A DNA stretch of 64,000 nucleotides from Candidatus Poribacteria bacterium (GCA_965205015.1 OZ242029.1:800001-864000); one strand, 5' to 3'; shown: positions 9,233 through 20,251, numbered from the stretch's first letter. Made by a program: numbers and translations. Notes: a model not told the origin generated them from the letters alone.

Positions 9233-11075
9233 CGTAATGTTCCGCCTGGAGGGTGTAGAGTCGGGCATACAACCCATTGTCCTTCATCAATTCCTCGTGA
9301 CTCCCTTCTTCGATCACTTTTCCGTCATCAAGGACAAGGATTCGTTCTGCCATACGAACAGTTGACATGCGATGAGAAATCAGGACGGTTGTTTTCTCTT
9401 TTGTTAATTCCTGAAATCGGGTATAGATATCGTGCTCACTGCGGACATCAAGGGCTGCGGTGGGTTCATCAAGGATGAGGAGCTGTGCGTTTCGGGTGAG
9501 GGCGCGAGCGAGCGCGATTTTTTGCCATTGTCCACCTGAGAGTTCTGTGCCGTCTTCAAATTGACGCGAGAGGACAGTTTCATACCCGTTTGGGAGTTGG
9601 TTAATAAAATCAGCACCTGCTTTTTCAGCCGCTGCTTTGATGTCGTTTAATTCAGAAAGTCGGTCAACATTGCCGAGTCCGATATTTTCCTGTACACTGA
9701 GTTGATATTTGAGAAACCCCTGATCGACGACACTCATTTGCGAGCGTAGATCGTCCAGATCATAGTGGTGGATAGGAACATTATCGAGATGAATGTCTCC
9801 GTCACTCGGGTCATACATTCGTGTGATTAATTTGACTAAGGTTGTTTTTCCGGCACCGTTTTTTCCAACGATGGCAACGGTTTCCCCAGGGTAAATATTC
9901 AAGGAGATCCCGTCCAAAATCTTTCGGTCTGTGTTGGGGTAAGTAAAGGAGACGTTTCTCAATTCAATGCCTTTTTGAAAGGGACGGGGTGCCGGTTTGG
10001 CAAATTCTTTGGGGACCCTTTTAATGACCGGCTTTCTTTTTAAAAAGTCATAAAGGTGTGTTAAAAAGCTTCCGGTGCGGTGCATAAATGCGAAGTTGAA
10101 GAGGGAAGTGCTCATGCTCGTCCAGATGACGAGAACAGCACCCGCGTAGGCAGTGAGTTCACCGACACTTAACTCGCCGCCGATCGTCTGTCGAAAAAGG
10201 GTGCCATAAACGGCACACACAGCAGCACCGCCTAATAAAGCATAGAGGGAAAGCGTACGAAACTCACGCTTTCGGACAGACCAGAGTACGCCGAGAATCC
10301 GAGTAAAGATGCGCCGATACTTTCCGAAAAAGAAATCGCGTAGCCCAAAAATACGCACATCTTTCGCGGTATCGTGAGAGAGGAACTGATTTCTGAAGTA
10401 GTCGAGTTTTCGGGCTTCGGGTGCTTGAAATTGAAGCGCGACTCCAAAAAGGTTTGCGTATTTATAGTGCGCTAATGCATAGGGTAATGCACAAAGCATT
10501 AGAAGGAGGGGTGCCAGTGGATGAAATAAGGATAGGAAGATGGCTACGGAAATCAACGCCCAAAAATCACTTCCTGCCTGAAAAGCGTAGATAACTAAAT
10601 CGGCACTACTTCCTTCGACATGCCGAACCCGTTGGAGTTGGTCATGCAGTTTTGGATCTTCAAAATGTGCAATGCCTGGATGTTGGTTGGCAGTTTCCAT
10701 GACGAGGAGTGCCACATACCGACGCATCTTATCGCCAAGGACGCTTTTCACCAGAAGGAAAATCGGTTCCATTATTTGCATGACGACCGTGGCGAGTGCT
10801 AATCCAATCAAGAGTGGCGCCGCGTCCCAAAAACGCTGATCGTTCGTATCAGCGATAGCGATGACCATATTAATAGCATCCTTGCTTAAGTAAAGGATGA
10901 AGACCGGTAACACACCTTGGATGAGCATTAAGAAAAACAGGACTACTGTCTCAACTTTACCTGCGCGCCATATCATGCTGAAGGCGCGGAAAATCGCTGT
11001 GTATACTGGACCCCATTCTTTTACGGGAGGATTCCACTCTTCAAGTTGGATATCAGGTTCTTTGTGTTGTTCCAT
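9225..11075 (-). CDS. ABC exporter, fused TMD+NBD (likely heterodimer partner)
   Basis: GKNGAGKT, LSGGQWQ, ILDEPT; N-terminal TM domain. Confidence 0.94.
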   Translation of the reverse strand: MEQHKEPDIQLEEWNPPVKEWGPVYTAIFRAFSMIWRAGKVETVVLFFLMLIQGVLPVFILYLSKDAINMVIAIADTNDQRFWDAAPLLIGLALATVVMQIMEPIFLLVKSVLGDKMRRYVALLVMETANQHPGIAHFEDPKLHDQLQRVRHVEGSSADLVIYAFQAGSDFWALISVAIFLSLFHPLAPLLLMLCALPYALAHYKYANLFGVALQFQAPEARKLDYFRNQFLSHDTAKDVRIFGLRDFFFGKYRRIFTRILGVLWSVRKREFRTLSLYALLGGAAVCAVYGTLFRQTIGGELSVGELTAYAGAVLVIWTSMSTSLFNFAFMHRTGSFLTHLYDFLKRKPVIKRVPKEFAKPAPRPFQKGIELRNVSFTYPNTDRKILDGISLNIYPGETVAIVGKNGAGKTTLVKLITRMYDPSDGDIHLDNVPIHHYDLDDLRSQMSVVDQGFLKYQLSVQENIGLGNVDRLSELNDIKAAAEKAGADFINQLPNGYETVLSRQFEDGTELSGGQWQKIALARALTRNAQLLILDEPTAALDVRSEHDIYTRFQELTKEKTTVLISHRMSTVRMAERILVLDDGKVIEEGSHEELMKDNGLYARLYTLQAEHYDV

Positions 11076-11149
11076 GTTATCGTAAACCTACAATCATTTA
11101 TATCCCAGAAGATTGACAGAGTTATAGGTTTCCCATCCTTGTGTAAATG

Positions 11150-12415
11150 TTAATTCTTGGTGTGGAGCGCGTCGACGGGTGAAAGCTGAGCTGCCCGCAT
11201 CGCAGGATAGACTCCGAAACCCACGCCCATGACAATCGAGAAAATAACAGAAGTCAATATCCACGGAAGGGAGAGGACGACGGGCCATGCCTCCACAACT
11301 GGTACAATCCGCACCGCAAGCCATGCCATTCCGTGTGCTGCGCCCCAACCGCCCGCGATCCCGAGCACCCCGCCACACAAACAGAGACAGATCGATTCCG
11401 TTAAAAATTGACAAAAAATGTGAATCCGTTTCGCACCTACGGATCTCCGTAAACCTATCTCCCGTGTCTTTTCACCGACAGAGACGAGACAGATATTCAT
11501 GATGCCGACGCCGCTGACGAACAGCGAGAAACCCGCAAGACTGCCCAAGGTGATTTTTATCACTTTTTGAATGTGGAAAAGTCGGTGAGCCGTCAGTTTC
11601 GCTATCCAAACGCCGATAAACTCATCTTTCCCTCGGTGTCTTTTACGCAGGGTGTTTTTAACAGAATCAATAATACTGTCCATCTCTGCCCCTTTTCTAA
11701 AAAAGACGAGCAAGTAGTCAACGTAACGAAAGCCTTTCACCCGTTGCTGATAGGTTGTCAACGGCACAGAAATCGCATCATCTAAAGAATACGTGTCGCT
11801 GAGGCTCATGCCTTTTGTTGTCATCACCCCGATAACCCGTAACCGAATCTGCGATTGCCGCCAGTGATACCGAACCTTCACCTCTTGTCCAATGGGCGAT
11901 GTTTTCCCAAAAAGCTCACTGGCGGTATTCGCACCGAGGACACAGACCTGCTTCGCATTTTTGATATCGCTGTCGGAAAAGAATCTACCGGCGTGAACTT
12001 CCCATCCCATGCCGAGAGAGTAGTCCGCTGTGATACCTTCTAAACGCGCTTTCGCTTGATTCCCGTTTCGGCTGCTCACAAAGGTGTTGAAGTCTTCTAC
12101 TTTAGGCAAGACGTACAGCACATCGGGGCATTCTGCCTCAACTGCAGAAGCGTCCTCAAGGGTATATCGCTCTGTCGTACGTCGGGCGAGCCGCGGCCCC
12201 TTCCAAATAGTCGTCCGTGTCCAGAATGCGATCTGGTTGGCACCCCCCATCATTTCAAGGTTTTGAGCGATGATACGTTTCCCGCCATCGCCGATAGCGA
12301 TCATGCACAGCACACCCGCAATCCCGATGAAAATGCCGAGAATGGACAATCCAGCACGGAGTCTATTTTGCGCGACGGGCTTCACACCCGCGATGATAGC
12401 ATCACGAAATTTCAT
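11150..12415 (-). CDS. MacB/FtsX-family ABC permease
   Basis: RAGLSILGIFIGI, GVGIMNI..VSVGEKTREIGLRRSVGA, YPAMRAAQLSPVDAL. Confidence 0.93.
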   Translation of the reverse strand: MKFRDAIIAGVKPVAQNRLRAGLSILGIFIGIAGVLCMIAIGDGGKRIIAQNLEMMGGANQIAFWTRTTIWKGPRLARRTTERYTLEDASAVEAECPDVLYVLPKVEDFNTFVSSRNGNQAKARLEGITADYSLGMGWEVHAGRFFSDSDIKNAKQVCVLGANTASELFGKTSPIGQEVKVRYHWRQSQIRLRVIGVMTTKGMSLSDTYSLDDAISVPLTTYQQRVKGFRYVDYLLVFFRKGAEMDSIIDSVKNTLRKRHRGKDEFIGVWIAKLTAHRLFHIQKVIKITLGSLAGFSLFVSGVGIMNICLVSVGEKTREIGLRRSVGAKRIHIFCQFLTESICLCLCGGVLGIAGGWGAAHGMAWLAVRIVPVVEAWPVVLSLPWILTSVIFSIVMGVGFGVYPAMRAAQLSPVDALHTKN

Positions 12416-12515
12416 TGCTGCACCTTTTCCTGTATCAGAACCCGAAAGGACTTACCGATGTGTTTGAAATCGGACAAATCTTTCGGAATTACCAATCACG
12501 AAAATAAATGTTGTC

Positions 12516-14216
12516 CTACGTCTGCCCAAGAACCTTCAGAAACGCTTCATCGTCTTTTACATCCGAAAATTCAGGGGTCTCAAGGAAAGTCGGGTAGTAT
12601 GTATCCTGATTATAAGGATCTACCACATAGTACGCCTGAGCGGACTTTAAATGATGTAAAGTTTTTTCTCTGTCCTTTTCAGAAGCCCAGATGCTTGCAG
12701 CCAGCTGGAAGTGTCCATAATGGTTGTTATCTTCCAAATCAATGGCGATTTGTAGGAAACATCTCGCCTCGTTATACTTCTTAGACCACAACAGACAACA
12801 ACCGATATCGTGTGCTAACCACATAAGGTCGTCGAGATTTACAGGTTGACCCGCATCCCGTTTCTTCAACTCTCCTTCCATATAGGCACTCACTTCCGTA
12901 AAAATTCGATCGAAACGTCCCCAATCTCCTTGTTTACCGTATATGAGAAGTCGACTTTCTTTCGCAATCAACCAGAATTGAAAATAATGCTCTGAACCGG
13001 GTTCGTTGTTAGCACGTTCCAACTTTTCTATCTCAAGGAAGGCTTCATCGAACCGGTCGTTGCATCGTAATACATCTATTCCGGCCTGCAGGAATTCACA
13101 ACGCCTGAAGTAACTCACGCCTGGGTTCTCTAAGCGTTCAGAGGCGTCATTATATAGCTGAATCCAGTCATCAATACGACCTTCCGCCGCCCAACATCCG
13201 GATCCCCCCAGATTAGCACCAGCCTCCAACACATATTTATCCGGCAAGTGCTGGCACGTCCAACAGTAAAGCCGAGAGTGTTCCTCAATAGCTGCTCGAT
13301 TTCTTCCAAGAGAAGCGAGACTATCGACTAACCTGTCATGCGCCCAGAAACGCTCCGTATCACCCAGCGCGTCCTCCATATACCTACGGAGTAGAGGTAC
13401 CCGCTTTTCCATGCCGAGTTTGCCCATATACGGGTATATCTCATCGGCAGCAAGATGCACCAATTCAGGCGTGATTTCACCCTTAAGTGCGTCTTCAATC
13501 TCGTTACAGGCTTCTGTAAGAATACCCACTCTGGATGCAGGATCAGATTTCACTTTTTCCATGAATAAATTGAACTTACTGCGAACTTCTTCTAATTGTG
13601 TCATGACATTCTCCTTCAGATTATCTGATAGTTGTAGATGACCAAAAAATTCTGGATTCAAGAGTTCTTGCTCTGTTCGCAAACGCTTTCGCGCCCGTTG
13701 GAGTCGACTCGTAATTGTGTTCACCGACACCCCCATGAATTTGCCGATCTCTTTCGTTGACATTTCGTCCAGATAGAAGAGGGTTACAACTGTGCGTTCC
13801 TTCTCCGGCAGTTTTTCTAAAAGTCTTTTCACAAGTTCATGGTAATGCTCGGTTCTCTCTGTCATTCGCTGTTCTGATATATGATGCGTATAAGAGGACT
13901 GCTCGATTTCTTCTACAGGTGTATCCTCCAGGGATTGCATCATAGACTTTTGGCTTCGCATCCAATCAATGCAAAGCCGATTTGCGATAACATGGAGCCA
14001 CCCCGCAAATTGATCGGGATTCTTGAGCGTCGGAAGTTTTCTGTATGCCCTCAGGAAGGTATCTTGCATAATCTCTTCCGCATGGTGAAAATCTTGGATC
14101 TTCCGCCATGCCAGTGCATGAACGCTTTTTTGGTACTTTTCGACCAAGATGCTAAACGCAGCGTCGTCCCCAGATAAAATTTTGCGAATCAATTGAACAT
14201 CGTCTTCTCTTTCCAC
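12516..14216 (-). CDS. ECF sigma-70 factor fused to TPR-like C-terminal domain
   Basis: Region 2 (GDDAAF..LVEKYQ, AEEIMQDTF, FAGWL), region 4 (KEIGKFMGVSVNTITSRLQRARKRL), ~360 aa helical extension ending FSDVKDDEAF; GTG start with SD GAGGAGG. Confidence 0.9.
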   Translation of the reverse strand: MEREDDVQLIRKILSGDDAAFSILVEKYQKSVHALAWRKIQDFHHAEEIMQDTFLRAYRKLPTLKNPDQFAGWLHVIANRLCIDWMRSQKSMMQSLEDTPVEEIEQSSYTHHISEQRMTERTEHYHELVKRLLEKLPEKERTVVTLFYLDEMSTKEIGKFMGVSVNTITSRLQRARKRLRTEQELLNPEFFGHLQLSDNLKENVMTQLEEVRSKFNLFMEKVKSDPASRVGILTEACNEIEDALKGEITPELVHLAADEIYPYMGKLGMEKRVPLLRRYMEDALGDTERFWAHDRLVDSLASLGRNRAAIEEHSRLYCWTCQHLPDKYVLEAGANLGGSGCWAAEGRIDDWIQLYNDASERLENPGVSYFRRCEFLQAGIDVLRCNDRFDEAFLEIEKLERANNEPGSEHYFQFWLIAKESRLLIYGKQGDWGRFDRIFTEVSAYMEGELKKRDAGQPVNLDDLMWLAHDIGCCLLWSKKYNEARCFLQIAIDLEDNNHYGHFQLAASIWASEKDREKTLHHLKSAQAYYVVDPYNQDTYYPTFLETPEFSDVKDDEAFLKVLGQT

Positions 14217-14330
14217 GAAACTTCCTCCTCATGAACAGATTGAATCGTGTTGCATTCGCCAAAAGATTTAATCAAACGCCAATCTTTAAAATTAAGCAAT
14301 ACAGTCCGATTTACACTCTCTATTATTAAG

Positions 14331-14357
14331 GACGAAAGTTTAATCAAAAAACGTGCA
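14331..14357 (-). promoter_or_regulatory. Putative ECF promoter, motif A
   Basis: TGCAC-N18-CGTC upstream of sigma gene; other copies at 19452, 21014, 34030. Confidence 0.65.
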
Positions 14358-14529
14358 TTCTGCCGAAAAAACGTTCAAGTCATTGTAAATTTTATTATAA
14401 GTCAGGGTGATCGATGGATGGAACAGCGAAAAGAGCAGCACAAATGCTTTTCTGTCGTGCGGTGTCCGAAGCAAAGAACACAAGGGCACATTTGTTTCTT
14501 TGTAATATGGGAAGTTTGAAAACTATACG

Positions 14530-15936
14530 CTAAATTTCAATGCGTACAAATGCCAGGAACGCTCCGGAGAAAAAAACAACGAAAAATAGCGTTAACAACA
14601 GCAAATTCATCGCCGCTGTGTTGAAATCACGACCAAAGTTGCGTGTGTCTTCAAATTTGGGAACTGCTTCTGGATTGACGGGTTTCTGCGATACCCCCTC
14701 GCGAACACCAATGATATGAAGACTCTCCGGATCCGCTCTATCGGTATCAACAATGAATTCGCGAAATTGTTGAGCGTAGGATTGAACATTCTCTAAGAAT
14801 TGCAGGTGTCGCTCAAAACCGGTTCCAGCGAACGACTCAAGGAGATGCTCCACAATTGTGACAGGTGAAAGACGGGTGATGGTGCGCGCCCGGTTCACTT
14901 GAGAAATCCGCCGTTTTAAGTGTTCTTCGCGCAAGCGTTCCCGCTGTTCTGCGTCTTGGGTAACATACTCGCCTGACAATTGTAATTTTTTTCTTTCATC
15001 TTCGCGGACTTCATGCCAATGAGTGTCGAATTCCTCCCTACGTTCCCAAAATCCAAGACTCGTCCTGAACGATGAAGAGCGTCCCTCGGATGAAGAGTGC
15101 CCGGCGATCGAAGCAAGTGTACTGGGCATAAAAACAACAAGCGTGACCCAAGCTAACAGAAGTATCACAAGGCTTACTGCGCTCCGTTGCACACGCGCCG
15201 ATACCAATAAACCTAATGCAAGAAAAAGACAGGTGTACAGGAGCGCAATAAAGTAGATGACACCTAAACGTCCCCACGCATCTGCGCTAAGGTAAACATC
15301 ACTTGACATAGAGATTACCAACAGATTCACCAACACGGCAAGCGTAAATGGAATACTCATGCTTACCAACGCCCCTAAAAATTTGCCAATCAGCACAGTG
15401 TGCCGCGGAATCGCATTTGCCAACATTAATCGCAATGTACCCTGTTCACGTTCATTGGAGATGGAATCGAAGGTGAACAGGAGCGCGAGGAGACTTAAGA
15501 CATAGCCGATGATAAAACCCCAGTCCACTTTGGTAACCTCTGGGTCTAGGTTGTCCCGATTGGGGGTGGCAGATGGATATCCGAGTGTCCATAAGCCCTC
15601 TAAGCCACGTTCCTGCCAACTCCAGCTCTGAAAACTACTGACATGTGCGGACAAAAACGCTTCACCGCGCGCTGCGCAGAAGTGGAGGGGGGATGGTTTT
15701 TTGTGAAGATCCCCAGGTCCCTTTTGTGCGAGTGTATAGAAACTTGCGTTGGCATGAGACTTTAAACGGTTTTGATGTGCAGCGACATTCTCGCTATACT
15801 TCTGAACCCGCTCTGGATGCTCTCGGAGATGCAGAACGGCATTGGTCAGCATCAAACCCAAGAGCAGGACTGTTGCAAGCGCGAATCGGAGGCTATTGAG
15901 ATTATCATAGAGTTCGCGTTTTACGATATGCCACAT
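14530..15936 (-). CDS. ABC-2 type permease (type B, WHIVKREL)
   Basis: FTFDSISNEREQGTLRLMLAN..R..VLIGKF; multiple TMs. Confidence 0.88.
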   Translation of the reverse strand: MWHIVKRELYDNLNSLRFALATVLLLGLMLTNAVLHLREHPERVQKYSENVAAHQNRLKSHANASFYTLAQKGPGDLHKKPSPLHFCAARGEAFLSAHVSSFQSWSWQERGLEGLWTLGYPSATPNRDNLDPEVTKVDWGFIIGYVLSLLALLFTFDSISNEREQGTLRLMLANAIPRHTVLIGKFLGALVSMSIPFTLAVLVNLLVISMSSDVYLSADAWGRLGVIYFIALLYTCLFLALGLLVSARVQRSAVSLVILLLAWVTLVVFMPSTLASIAGHSSSEGRSSSFRTSLGFWERREEFDTHWHEVREDERKKLQLSGEYVTQDAEQRERLREEHLKRRISQVNRARTITRLSPVTIVEHLLESFAGTGFERHLQFLENVQSYAQQFREFIVDTDRADPESLHIIGVREGVSQKPVNPEAVPKFEDTRNFGRDFNTAAMNLLLLTLFFVVFFSGAFLAFVRIEI

Positions 15937-15940
15937 TTTT

Positions 15941-16064
15941 GGGTTCTCGGTCTTCGGTTTTCGGAGGAAAGGGTTATCGGTATGCCTCGCAGTGAGAGTT
16001 CCAAGAGGGATTTGTTAAACGAAAACCTCTTACTGACCACCGACAACTGACCACCGATAACCAC
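15941..16064. repeat. Heptamer-based inverted repeat element
   Basis: ggttctc/ggtcttc/ggttttc ... ctgaccaccgacaactgaccaccgataacc. Confidence 0.55.
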
Positions 16065-16065
16065 T

Positions 16066-17577
16066 TTACACTTCACTTTTGACGAAAATCAGAAATATCA
16101 GGATGAAAATAACGACATTCATCATGAGCAAGATGCCTACATCCGGCAAGGCTCGCTTAGCATTTGTGTTCACATTGCCCCTTTGAAAAGCAAATTCTGG
16201 AAGAATGCTCCAATCCGCTGCGCCCTGGTCTGAGGAGAACCACTGTCGAGATCCAAATGCCTCTTTATCGTAGAGAGCGTCGATCACTTCCTGTCTGTAT
16301 CGTCTCGCTGCGTCGAAGAAATCTCTGACACCGTGCAAGTCAGTATCGGTCCATGCTTGTGTTGCAGCATCATACAGCCCCACGGGTGAAAGTTTCAAAT
16401 AGAGTCGCTTCACATTTGCCGGGTGAATGAAGATATCCTCCAGCGCAGGTTTTCGGACAAGCCAGGTCTGGTCGGCCGTACGGATAATCAGCGAACCGAG
16501 GAAACGGAAATGACTCTGGGCGTGAGGTATCTTGTGTTCCTCTTTCTCATCAAACCCTTCAAACGCCAAGATACCTTCAAAGGAGTATTTTAGCGTCCGG
16601 GGGTCACCCCAGAAGTAAGCGTAAGGGTTGGATCCACTGCCTCTTAATCCAAGATTCCAATCTATTCCTGGGAAAGCGTCGGTAGCGAGGAAATGCCTCC
16701 GTTCTCTCTCAAATTCTCCTTCCCACATCTGTTTAATTTGACTAAAAGCGGAGGCAGCACGCGCCTGCGGTGCTTCAGAGCGGGGGATCACAGCAAGAAT
16801 CGTATTCGGATAGATGAGGACTAAAAACCCCCAAACGAACATCGAGAGCATCAATGCAGTACTCGTTCGACACGTCGCCGCCGAAATCAGCAGTCCGATG
16901 AGGTAAAACACTGACAGATACGCAACGGATGCCAAAAGAATCCCGCCGATCCGTAAAAAATCATCGGTGTTTAGAGAAATGGAAGGGGTCGTCGTCAGCA
17001 AGATGACGGCGAGGAGAAGGCTTATTAGCAATGGCACGAGTAGGCAGATCATCGCACTGATGTATTTGGCAAGCAGGACATGCCCGCGACGGACGTGCGA
17101 CATCAAGACGAGACGTAATGTGCCACGCTCGTATTCTCCCGCGAGGGTATCGTAGGCGAAAATCAATGCCAATAAGCTCAGGATCACCTCAAAGATAAAA
17201 ACAATATCCATGGAAGCAAACATATCCATAAACGGATTATCCGCCCCATGCATTCCGGCATCCCACAGCGATGGAACATACGTATGTGATACCTGTACCT
17301 GGTTTCCAACCCGTTTATCGTATCCAGCATTGAAAATGCTCAATGGATTGGGGGGACGGTCGATACGCACTTCACCTGCTGAATAGGTTTTTTTCGCCTG
17401 CATCTGTCGCTGATGCGTTTTGACAGCGTCGTTGTAGTCCATCAATCGCTGTTCATAATCCTTAAGAAGCACAGCAGTATTGGCGACAACAAGCAACAAC
17501 GTAATAAAGACAGCTGCAGCGAAGCGGAACGTCATCAGGTTGTCGAGGAGTTCTCGGCGGATAAGCGTTGTTAACAT
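16066..17577 (-). CDS. ABC-2 type permease (type A, MLTTLIRREL)
   Basis: RPPNPLSIF, FAYDTLAGEYERGTLRL, LLAKY. Confidence 0.88.
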   Translation of the reverse strand: MLTTLIRRELLDNLMTFRFAAAVFITLLLVVANTAVLLKDYEQRLMDYNDAVKTHQRQMQAKKTYSAGEVRIDRPPNPLSIFNAGYDKRVGNQVQVSHTYVPSLWDAGMHGADNPFMDMFASMDIVFIFEVILSLLALIFAYDTLAGEYERGTLRLVLMSHVRRGHVLLAKYISAMICLLVPLLISLLLAVILLTTTPSISLNTDDFLRIGGILLASVAYLSVFYLIGLLISAATCRTSTALMLSMFVWGFLVLIYPNTILAVIPRSEAPQARAASAFSQIKQMWEGEFERERRHFLATDAFPGIDWNLGLRGSGSNPYAYFWGDPRTLKYSFEGILAFEGFDEKEEHKIPHAQSHFRFLGSLIIRTADQTWLVRKPALEDIFIHPANVKRLYLKLSPVGLYDAATQAWTDTDLHGVRDFFDAARRYRQEVIDALYDKEAFGSRQWFSSDQGAADWSILPEFAFQRGNVNTNAKRALPDVGILLMMNVVIFILIFLIFVKSEV

Positions 17578-17614
17578 GGTTTACCCTTAAAATCAAACTG
17601 GATACAGCATTATC

Positions 17615-19333
17615 CTACTTCTGCCCGAGAACCTTCAGAAACTCTGGGTCATCCTTTACATCCGAAAATTCCGGAGTTTTAAGGAAAGACGGGTAGTAGC
17701 TATCCATATAATTGTAGGAACTAACTATATAATCGCTCTGAGCGATCTTCAAATGGTGTAAAGTCTTCTCTCGGTTTTTCTCAGATGCCCAGACGCTCAC
17801 AGCAAGCATGAAGTGATTATAATCGTTGTAATTTCCCAAATCGATGGCGAGTTGTAGCAAACGTTTCGCTTCATCATACCTCTTCGCCCATACCAGACAA
17901 CAACCGATATTATGAGCAGTACAAACAAGCTCATAGATATTTACGGGATAACCGGCACTCCGTTTTTCGACTTCTCCTTCAATAAACGTCCTTGTATCCA
18001 TCAAGACTCGATCGAAACGATCCCAATCTCCCTGTTTGCTATACACCCGAAGTCGATTCTCTCTTATCGCCAACCAGAATCGAAAATAACTCCGCCAACC
18101 CGGTTCGCCATTGGCACGTTCCAACTTTTCTATCTCAAGAAGTGCCGCATCTAACCTATCGTTCCTTATTAAGATATCTGATCCAAATTGCAGAAAATCG
18201 CAACGACTGTACTGACTCACTTCAGGGTTCTCTAAGCGTTCAGATGCCTCATTGTAAAGTTGAATCCAGTCATCAATACGGCCTTCCGCCGCCCAACATC
18301 CAGCAGTGTTCGGATTAGAAACAATCCGCAACACATATTTTTCTGAGTGCTTGCATGCCCAACGGTAAAGACGCGTCTGTTCCTCAATAGCTTCTTGATT
18401 TCTCCGAAGAAAAGCGAGGCTTTTGACTAACCTGTCATGTGCCCAGGAACGCTCCGTATCATCTGGAGTGTCATCCATATACTTCCGGAGTAGAGGGAGC
18501 CGTTTTTCCATGCCGAGACTGCCCATATACGGGTATATCTTATCAACCACAAGACGCACCAATTCAGGCGTAATTTCACCCTTAAGTGCATCTTCAATCT
18601 CGTTGGCGGCTTCCTTAAGAATATCCTCCCTTGATGCAGGGTCAGATTTCACTTTTTCCATGAATGCATCGAATTTGCTGCGAAGTTGCTCTAATTGATT
18701 CATAATATTCTCCTCCAGATTATCTGATAACGGTAAATGACCAAAGAATTCTTGATCCAAGAGTTCCGGATCTGTTTGTAAACGTTTTCGCGCCCGGTGG
18801 AGCCGACTCGCAATTGTGTTTACCGGCACGCCCAAAAATTTGCCGATCTCTTTCGTCGGCATTTCGTCAAGATAGTAGAGTGTTACGACCGTGCGTTCAT
18901 TTTCTGGCAGTTTTTCTAAAAGCTGTTGGACAAGATCACGGCAATACTCTGTTCTCTCCGTCATCCGCTGTTCTGACATGTGGTGTGTATAAGAGGATTC
19001 CTCAATTTCTTCCAAACGTGTGCCTTCCAAAGATTGCATCGCAGGCTTGTGCTTCTGTATCCTCTTTTGCTTTCGCATCCAATCAATGCAAAGCCGATTG
19101 GCGATGACATAGAGCCACCCAGCAAATTGATCGGGATTTTTAAGCGTCGAGAGTTTTTTGTATGCCTGAAGGAAGACTTCTTGCATAATATCCTCAGCGT
19201 AGTGATAATCGCCGATCTTCCGCCATACAAGGGTATGAACGCTCTTTCGGTACCTTTCGACCAAGATGCCAAACGCAGCGTCGTCCCCGGATAAAATTTT
19301 GCGAATCAGTTGAACATCGCTTTCTTTTTCCAC
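17615..19333 (-). CDS. ECF sigma-70 factor fused to TPR-like domain (paralog of 12516-14216)
   Basis: Regions 2 and 4 intact; GTG 19333 with SD GGAGG preferred over ATG 19411. Confidence 0.9.
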   Translation of the reverse strand: MEKESDVQLIRKILSGDDAAFGILVERYRKSVHTLVWRKIGDYHYAEDIMQEVFLQAYKKLSTLKNPDQFAGWLYVIANRLCIDWMRKQKRIQKHKPAMQSLEGTRLEEIEESSYTHHMSEQRMTERTEYCRDLVQQLLEKLPENERTVVTLYYLDEMPTKEIGKFLGVPVNTIASRLHRARKRLQTDPELLDQEFFGHLPLSDNLEENIMNQLEQLRSKFDAFMEKVKSDPASREDILKEAANEIEDALKGEITPELVRLVVDKIYPYMGSLGMEKRLPLLRKYMDDTPDDTERSWAHDRLVKSLAFLRRNQEAIEEQTRLYRWACKHSEKYVLRIVSNPNTAGCWAAEGRIDDWIQLYNEASERLENPEVSQYSRCDFLQFGSDILIRNDRLDAALLEIEKLERANGEPGWRSYFRFWLAIRENRLRVYSKQGDWDRFDRVLMDTRTFIEGEVEKRSAGYPVNIYELVCTAHNIGCCLVWAKRYDEAKRLLQLAIDLGNYNDYNHFMLAVSVWASEKNREKTLHHLKIAQSDYIVSSYNYMDSYYPSFLKTPEFSDVKDDPEFLKVLGQK

Positions 19334-19451
19334 GAAATTTCCTCCGAATAAATAGATTGGACCCTGTATACCCTCGCCAAAGCGTTTAATCAAATACCAA
19401 GTTTTATGCAATTAAGCAATATGAGGTAGTTTACACCTTCTATATATTAAA

Positions 19452-19478
19452 GACGAAATTTTGGGTAGAAAACTTGCA
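19452..19478 (-). promoter_or_regulatory. Putative ECF promoter, motif A
   Basis: TGCAA-N18-CGTC upstream of sigma gene. Confidence 0.65.
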
Positions 19479-19596
19479 TTCTGGGGAAAAAATGAAAAAC
19501 TGGATTTTTTAGTAGGTGTTTTGTGAGTGTCAGGCAACAAAAAAGGGAACCGGTAAAAAACCAGTTCCCTGTGGACATTCTACTGGACCTCGGAAG

Positions 19597-19938
19597 CTAA
19601 GCCGACAATCCAGCAACAGCAGCGTCCTCACTGTCAAAATGTTCAAACAGATTAACCACACGACTCAGAACAATGAGATTTCTGATATGTTTTCCGACAT
19701 TGATGACACCCACGCGTCCCTGTTTTCGCGACGCAGCAGCGTATGCCTCCATCAAGGTGCCAAGACCTGAACTATCGATCCGATTGACCTGCTCGAAATT
19801 GATGAGGATACGTGGGGTATCAGAAGCCTCTATTTGTGGCAAGATAACTTTCCGTAAGTCTGATACGGAGCGTCCGCCCACCTTTCCAGTGGGTTTCAAA
19901 ATCGAGATACCATTTTGCTGGCGAATTTGCGTTGTCAT
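19597..19938 (-). CDS. STAS-domain anti-anti-sigma factor
   Basis: ILINFEQVNRIDSSGLGTL with phosphorylatable Ser; SD AAGGAG. Confidence 0.9.
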   Translation of the reverse strand: MTTQIRQQNGISILKPTGKVGGRSVSDLRKVILPQIEASDTPRILINFEQVNRIDSSGLGTLMEAYAAASRKQGRVGVINVGKHIRNLIVLSRVVNLFEHFDSEDAAVAGLSA

Positions 19939-20056
19939 TTTTTTCTCCTTTTTTTATTTGTGAAATTTGTCACTGTTAATTGTTCTTTAATACGATTCAA
20001 ACGTTCAATTTAAGGATGCGTTGACTTAACCCGAATTCTATTAAAACACCGTCTTT

Positions 20057-20251
20057 TTAACGCAAATCCAAGTCCATCTCCGTTTTGAGGCGTTTATGGA
20101 ACGTTTCAAAAGCCGCTCCCCAAGGTCCCTCCTCTGTATGAGGATCGCGCTGTTCAGCAGGCACGACAGTCTCATCAGAGCCGAAAGCAAGGTAACCGAT
20201 GCCGAAGAGTAACAAACAGACGAGGAGTAGATTAATCATTAGGAAACGCAT
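20057..20251 (-). CDS. Small secreted or membrane-anchored peptide (64 aa)
   Basis: SD AAGGAG, signal-like N-terminus ending LAFG, polar tail. Confidence 0.6.
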   Translation of the reverse strand: MRFLMINLLLVCLLLFGIGYLAFGSDETVVPAEQRDPHTEEGPWGAAFETFHKRLKTEMDLDLR

